Part shown: piece after piece, positions 59,117-64,000 of the stretch
Numbering within the stretch: the stretch's first letter is position 1
How the letters are laid out: the number at the start of each line of letters is the position of its first letter
From: an uncultured bacterium
GTDB taxonomy: Bacteria > Zhuqueibacterota > QNDG01 > DTFT01
Direction: 5' to 3'
Length of the DNA: 64,000 nt
Assembly (NCBI GenBank): GCA_963736115.1
Contig: CAVTNR010000014.1
Coordinates: forward strand, 96,001 to 160,000
Notes under the pieces: generated by a model
The model's input: only the letters and a program-made list of their open reading frames with translations
The model's database searches: none
What the model was told of the DNA's origin: nothing
Translations under genes and position numbers: made by a program

Positions 59117-61141
59117 ATGAAAAAGATCCTGCTTCTGGCGCTTGCATTGGTCGCGGGGAAGGCCGCGGCGAACGGCATCGTCATCAATGAAATCATGTAC
59201 CACGCGGCGAATTCGGATCTGGAATTCGTGGAACTGTACAATGCAACCGGCGCCGCCGTCAATGTGCAGGACTGGACCCTGCTCGACGACAGCGACAGCC
59301 ACACACCCTGCCGGCTGACCGGCGTCATGGAACCCGGCGGCTACCTGGTGGTCGCCAGCAGTGTCGGCCTGTTCACGCTGAACTATCCCGGCGTTTCGCC
59401 TGTCAGCGCCAACGGATTCAACACCGGCGCCGGCGCATGGGCGCTCGGAAACGCGAATGACGCGGTGCGGTTGTTTGACGCGTCCGGCATTCTGCGCGAC
59501 CGGGTCGCGTATTCGGACGGCGGCGAATGGCCCGGATCCCCGGACGGGGACGGGCCCTCATTGGAACTGCTGAATCCCGGGCTGGACAATACGCTGGCCT
59601 CGAGCTGGGATCCCAGCCTGTCGGCGGGCGGAACGCCCGGACGGATGAACAGTGTCCACACTCTGGACGCGGCGCCCATCTGCCGCGACGGCCGACGTCC
59701 GACCGAATGGCCGGACGCTTCCAGCCCGGTCCTGATTACGGTTTTCGCGTTCGACGCTGAGGGCCCGGTGACGGTGCGGCTGATGGTGGATACGGGCGCC
59801 GGATTTTCGGCTATTTCCATGAATGACAACGGCACGGACGGGGACAGGGCCGCGGGGGATTCGGTTTTCAGCGCGGTCATTCCGGTTCATCCGGCAGGCA
59901 CGCTCGTCCGCTATTACGCGATCGCGACCGATCAGGCCGGCCAGTCCAACCTCTGGCCCGGCGCCGCGCCTGTCGATTACCACGCATACACCGTCGGCCA
60001 CCAGCCGCCCAGCCTGCGCATCACGGAGCTGATGGCCGCGAATCGGGGATATGTCCGGGATCCGTTCGGAGATTCGGATGACTGGTTCGAAATTAAAAAC
60101 GAGGGCGCCGTTCCGGTGGACCTCGGCGGCATGTTCGTTTCCGCGGACCTCGGGTCTTCGCGCAAATTCCGGCTGCCGGGCCGCTCGCTCGCGGCCGGAG
60201 CGACTCTGCTCATCTGGGCGGACGACGAGACGGACCAGGGAACGCTTCACGCGGATTTCAAGCTGTCCGCGGAAGGCGAGGAAATCGGGCTTTTCGAGAC
60301 AGTGGACCACGGCAACAGCCTGATCCACGGGTGGAAGTACGGCCGCCTGGGGCCGGACCAGGCCATGGGGTTCCGGACGGCCAATGACACAGTCCCCGAG
60401 TATCTGTCGCCGCCCACGCCAGGTGCGGACAATGCATCGGCTTCGTTCTACTCCCCGGTGTGCATCAATGAATTTCAGTGCACCAGCGATTTCGGCGGAC
60501 CGGACGACTGGGTCGAGCTCTACAACCGCGGATCCGCGGCCTATGATCTGTCGGGGTGTTTCCTGTCCGACCAGCGTGGAGAGAACACCAAATGGACCTT
60601 TCCGCAGGGCGCGATGCTGGCGCCCGGGCAGTATCTCGTGGTGTACGAAGACGCGCTGGGATTCGGATTTGCCTCCGAAGGGACCGACGTGATCCAGCTC
60701 ACGGCTCCGGACAGCGCCACGGGCCTCGATTTCTATGACTTCGGACCCCAGACCGCGGATCACAGCGAGGGTCGGTTTCCGGACGGAACGCCGTCCTGGA
60801 TTTTCTTCAATCAGCCCACCAAGGGAAGCGGCAACAGACTCTCAGCCGTGGAGGATCGGGAACATGCCGCGATTCCCTCGACGATCTCGCTGAATCCGAA
60901 CCATCCGAATCCATTCAACCCGGAGACGGTTCTTTCCTTCACACTGCCGGTCCGTCAGCGGATTTCCCTGAAGATCTTCGATTCGAGGGGCCGCGAGGCC
61001 GCGAAACTGGCGGACGGCCCGTTCGATGCGGGCCGGCATGAAGTGACCTGGAGACCCGAAGGCCTGGCCAGCGGCCTCTATTTCGCGGTTCTGGAGGCGG
61101 ATGGCGTCAGACGCACCGGAAAAATGCTGCTGGTCCGCTGA
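59117..61141 (+). CDS. secreted protein with three lamin-tail domains and a T9SS-type C-terminal domain
   Basis: INEIMY..EFVELYN, ITELMA..DWFEIKN, INEF..DWVELYN; NHPNPFNP. Confidence 0.85.
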   Translation: MKKILLLALALVAGKAAANGIVINEIMYHAANSDLEFVELYNATGAAVNVQDWTLLDDSDSHTPCRLTGVMEPGGYLVVASSVGLFTLNYPGVSPVSANGFNTGAGAWALGNANDAVRLFDASGILRDRVAYSDGGEWPGSPDGDGPSLELLNPGLDNTLASSWDPSLSAGGTPGRMNSVHTLDAAPICRDGRRPTEWPDASSPVLITVFAFDAEGPVTVRLMVDTGAGFSAISMNDNGTDGDRAAGDSVFSAVIPVHPAGTLVRYYAIATDQAGQSNLWPGAAPVDYHAYTVGHQPPSLRITELMAANRGYVRDPFGDSDDWFEIKNEGAVPVDLGGMFVSADLGSSRKFRLPGRSLAAGATLLIWADDETDQGTLHADFKLSAEGEEIGLFETVDHGNSLIHGWKYGRLGPDQAMGFRTANDTVPEYLSPPTPGADNASASFYSPVCINEFQCTSDFGGPDDWVELYNRGSAAYDLSGCFLSDQRGENTKWTFPQGAMLAPGQYLVVYEDALGFGFASEGTDVIQLTAPDSATGLDFYDFGPQTADHSEGRFPDGTPSWIFFNQPTKGSGNRLSAVEDREHAAIPSTISLNPNHPNPFNPETVLSFTLPVRQRISLKIFDSRGREAAKLADGPFDAGRHEVTWRPEGLASGLYFAVLEADGVRRTGKMLLVR

Positions 61142-61186
61142 CCCGGTCCCATTTCGCGCCCAACAGGCGGAGAGGAGAGATAAAAG

Positions 61187-62812
61187 ATGAAACGATCATT
61201 CTTCCCGAACAAAGTCGAGACGAGAGGTATTCTGGCCGGGCTCCTGCTGATCGGAACCCTGTCCTGCGGCGGCCGCAAAGATAGGACTTTCGTCAATCCG
61301 GTGCTTCCGGGTTTTTTCCCGGACCCCAGCATATGCCGGGTTGGGAACGATTATTATATGGTGAACAGTTCGTTCGAATACTTTCCGGGTGTGCCGGTTT
61401 CCCACAGCCGCGATCTGGTGAACTGGCGGCTGATCGGATACTGTCTCACGCGCAGCAGCCAACTGCCGCTCGATAAGGCCCGCGCCTCTGCGGGCATATA
61501 CGCTCCGACGCTCCGCTATCATGACGGTTTGTTCTACATGGTTACGACGAATGTCAGCGGAGGCGGCAATTTTTACGTCACGGCTGAAAATCCCGCGGGC
61601 CCCTGGTCCGAGCCTGTGTGGCTGGACAAGGAAGGCATGGATCCATCACTGTTCTTCGACGACGACGGCAAGGTGTATTACACCCGTCACGTGGGCGGGG
61701 GGGACGGGTACATCGGGCAGACAACACTCGACCTGGCTTCAGGGAAATTGCAGGGCGAGCTGAAGAACATCTGGGCCGGCACGGGAGGACAGTGGGCTGA
61801 AGGGCCCCACCTCTACAAGATCAAGGGCCGGTATTACCTGATGATTTCCGAAGGCGGCACGAGCTATGACCACTGTCTCACGGTCGCGGCCAGTGATTCC
61901 CCGTGGGGGCCCTTCGAATCCGATCCGTCCAATCCCATTTTCACGCACCGCGACCTGCCGGAAGATCCCATTCAGGCGCTGGGGCACGCGGACTGGGTCG
62001 AAACTCCGGACGGATGGTGGCTGGTCTGTCTCGGAATACGACCGCAGGGCGGCCGTTTCCACCACATGGGCCGCGAGACGTTTCTCGCGCCTTTCCGCTT
62101 CGATGAAGCCGGTTGGCCGGTGGTGAACGGAAATGGGAAGCTTCAGACCGTGATGCCCGCCCCCGGATTGCGTGAACAGGTATGGCCCAAGCCGCAGACG
62201 CGGGACGATTTCATCGGTGACGGACTGGCTCTGGAATGGAATTACCTGCGGAATCCGGTCGAAGCCGATTATTCACTGACCGCGAGGCCGGGCTTCCTCC
62301 GTTTGCAGGGTTCCGCGGTCAGGCTCACGGACACGGATTCCCCGACTTTCGTCGGCCGCAGGCAGACGGATTTCAACTGCCGGGTTTCAACGCTTCTTGA
62401 TTTTGATCCGGTTCGTGAGGGTGAAGAGGCCGGGCTGACGGTCCGCCAAACCGACAAGTATCATTATGAGACCGGTGTGACGCTGAAGCGCGGAAAGCGG
62501 GTCGCCTTCTTCCGCCGCGTTCTCGACGGCCGGGTATCCGGTCCGGTCGCGTACGAGAAGCTTCCCGAAGGACCGGTCACCCTGTCCGTTGTGGCGGATT
62601 CATTGTCCTACAAATTCTCCGTGACGCCCGCGTCCGGAGATCCGATCGCCATGGGAGAGGCCCTGGCCCGCGATCTGTCCGTCGAACGGATCGGGTTCAA
62701 GGACGGCATGTGCTTCACGGGCGCGTATTTCGGGCTCTATGCCACGGGTAATGGTCGGGCCTCCTCGGCGCCCGCGGATTTTGACTGGATGGAGATCGCA
62801 GCGGCGCAATGA
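61187..62812 (+). CDS. GH43 beta-xylosidase/arabinofuranosidase, probable lipoprotein, with C-terminal beta-sandwich
   Basis: NPVLPGFFPDPS, YAPTLRYH, DPSLF, AEGPH, GHAD, GRETF; TLSC lipobox-like sequence. Confidence 0.93.
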   Translation: MKRSFFPNKVETRGILAGLLLIGTLSCGGRKDRTFVNPVLPGFFPDPSICRVGNDYYMVNSSFEYFPGVPVSHSRDLVNWRLIGYCLTRSSQLPLDKARASAGIYAPTLRYHDGLFYMVTTNVSGGGNFYVTAENPAGPWSEPVWLDKEGMDPSLFFDDDGKVYYTRHVGGGDGYIGQTTLDLASGKLQGELKNIWAGTGGQWAEGPHLYKIKGRYYLMISEGGTSYDHCLTVAASDSPWGPFESDPSNPIFTHRDLPEDPIQALGHADWVETPDGWWLVCLGIRPQGGRFHHMGRETFLAPFRFDEAGWPVVNGNGKLQTVMPAPGLREQVWPKPQTRDDFIGDGLALEWNYLRNPVEADYSLTARPGFLRLQGSAVRLTDTDSPTFVGRRQTDFNCRVSTLLDFDPVREGEEAGLTVRQTDKYHYETGVTLKRGKRVAFFRRVLDGRVSGPVAYEKLPEGPVTLSVVADSLSYKFSVTPASGDPIAMGEALARDLSVERIGFKDGMCFTGAYFGLYATGNGRASSAPADFDWMEIAAAQ

Positions 62813-62846
62813 TGTCCCTGGAACATGAAGCGTCCAGCCCTATGAT

Positions 62847-62885
62847 AAAACGCTCCGGGAGGTTTCAAACCTCCCGGAGCGTTTT
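62847..62885. terminator. perfect 19-bp-arm palindrome, probable bidirectional terminator or REP-like element
   Basis: AAAACGCTCCGGGAGGTTT-C-AAACCTCCCGGAGCGTTTT between convergent genes. Confidence 0.7.
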
Positions 62886-62900
62886 GTTTCTCGATCTGCC

Positions 62901-63020
62901 TGAATCTGTCAGCGAGCGCATTCCCCAGTCCCGCGATGCGGGATCAATCTGCGGATGATGGCTATTGAAGACTTTGCGGGACCAAGCTATCGGATTATTT
63001 CAATATTGAAGGCCCGCGGC
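62901..63020. mobile_element. repeat composite with two (probably nested) mini-element units
   Basis: TGAATCTGTCAGCGAGCG shared with 16076; unit cores at 62938-62972 and 62976-63013. Confidence 0.75.
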
Positions 63021-63091
63021 TACAGCGACCAAACCAGGCCGGTTTAAAAACGCGGAACCCGAAACCCGAAATTCGGGAATGACAAAAATAG

Positions 63092-64000
63092 TTAGAACTC
63101 GTACTCCATCCCCAGAATCGGCATCAGGGACCATTGATACACCTTGTCCGGTCTGTTCGTCACCGGGTTCCAGAAAACCGTCTGAACGTTTTTGTGATTA
63201 TAGGCGTTCCAGACGCACAGGTAGGCGATCAGGTTCGAGGCCCTGAAATGGAAACGGCGGTCCAGGCGCAGGTTCAATGAATGATAGGCCGGAAGCCTGG
63301 CCGCGTTGATCCGTTCCCCCTCCATCACTCCCCGATTCAAAGCCGTGGACGCATCCGCGTCGAAAGGCGTGTAGGGCGCTCCGCCTTCCACGATCCAGCG
63401 GCCGCTGATCTCCCAATTCCGGTCCGGTTTGAATCCGCCCTCCGCGGATAGAAGATACCGGACATCGAGCACGCGGTCTCTCCAGACACCGAGACCGTCC
63501 CGGTACCGGGTGCGGAACCAGGACGCGCCGATCAGGCCGTAGAAATTCCGGGCCATTTTCTTCTGAAGCAGTATTTCCAGCCCCTGTGAGAGGGCCTTTC
63601 CATCGCTGCGCAGAGGACCGTGTGAAGTGAAATAGGTGTAGCGATATTCCTGCTCGTCAAGAAGAAACAGTGCCGGCTGGACAGGGTCCATCGGGAAATT
63701 CCGGTAATCCTTCCGATAGACCTCTACGCTGAGCCTGGCGCTTTCGCCGAGCATCCGGCTGATGCCAAGAGCGCAATTCAGGGCCGAAGGATCGTCCAAT
63801 TTTCGATTCCGATCATTCTGGCTCATGAGCACCATCGGCAGGGTCTGACTGTACAGTCCGGTGGCCGCGGAAAGAGTGGTCCGGTCCGTGACACGCCAGG
63901 CCGCGGAAAGCCGAGGGGAAAACTCCGAACTCCCGTTGAAGGTGAAGCGGTCCCATCGTCCGCCGGCGTTCAGCGTCAGCAGGGGATGCGGCGACACTTC
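63092..64000 (-). CDS. TonB-dependent receptor, C-terminal part (truncated by the window)
   Basis: SPRLSAAW, RLPAYHSLNLRLD, NAYN, terminal EYEF. Confidence 0.88.
   Translation of the reverse strand, partial: EVSPHPLLTLNAGGRWDRFTFNGSSEFSPRLSAAWRVTDRTTLSAATGLYSQTLPMVLMSQNDRNRKLDDPSALNCALGISRMLGESARLSVEVYRKDYRNFPMDPVQPALFLLDEQEYRYTYFTSHGPLRSDGKALSQGLEILLQKKMARNFYGLIGASWFRTRYRDGLGVWRDRVLDVRYLLSAEGGFKPDRNWEISGRWIVEGGAPYTPFDADASTALNRGVMEGERINAARLPAYHSLNLRLDRRFHFRASNLIAYLCVWNAYNHKNVQTVFWNPVTNRPDKVYQWSLMPILGMEYEF

Noticed and set aside
63053-63084. Short CGAAACC heptamer run and GGAATGACA
   Set aside because: Only two to three degenerate units with no complementary arm; insufficient evidence.

Overview
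GC-rich (~60% by eye) bacterial chromosome segment. It is probably from a non-Bacteroidota FCB-group organism such as KSB1 (inference): PorX and six proteins with T9SS-type 'PNPFN' C-terminal sorting domains occur alongside canonical TTG-N17-TA promoters and Shine-Dalgarno (SD) sites. Contents, left to right: a phosphoesterase; a 2116-aa repeat-rich secreted protein; porX-tsaE-tsaB-rimI-accD; surE-guaA; glmS-LpoA-like-pgeF; two beta-barrels; holA; an ECF sigma/anti-sigma/HtrA-like trio; a GAF protein, a small bL38-like protein, rdgB and tRNA-Pro; a signalling cluster; GSIII-gltBD; and a carbohydrate-degradation region. No transposase, integrase, cas gene or CRISPR array was found. Most notable observations: (1) a ~45-48 bp mini-element present in 8 copies that inserts into GC-rich palindromes, with filled and empty alleles both in the window; (2) an 82-codon in-frame stack of these repeats between the ATG and the signal peptide of the LpoA-like gene; (3) several genes that apparently start at ATC/ATT/CTG; (4) a chemoreceptor carrying a circularly permuted sugar-binding domain on its cytoplasmic side; (5) a possible zinc-binding bL38; (6) an HtrA-like pseudoprotease. 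All calls come from reading the sequence and recognising motifs; no database search was run.
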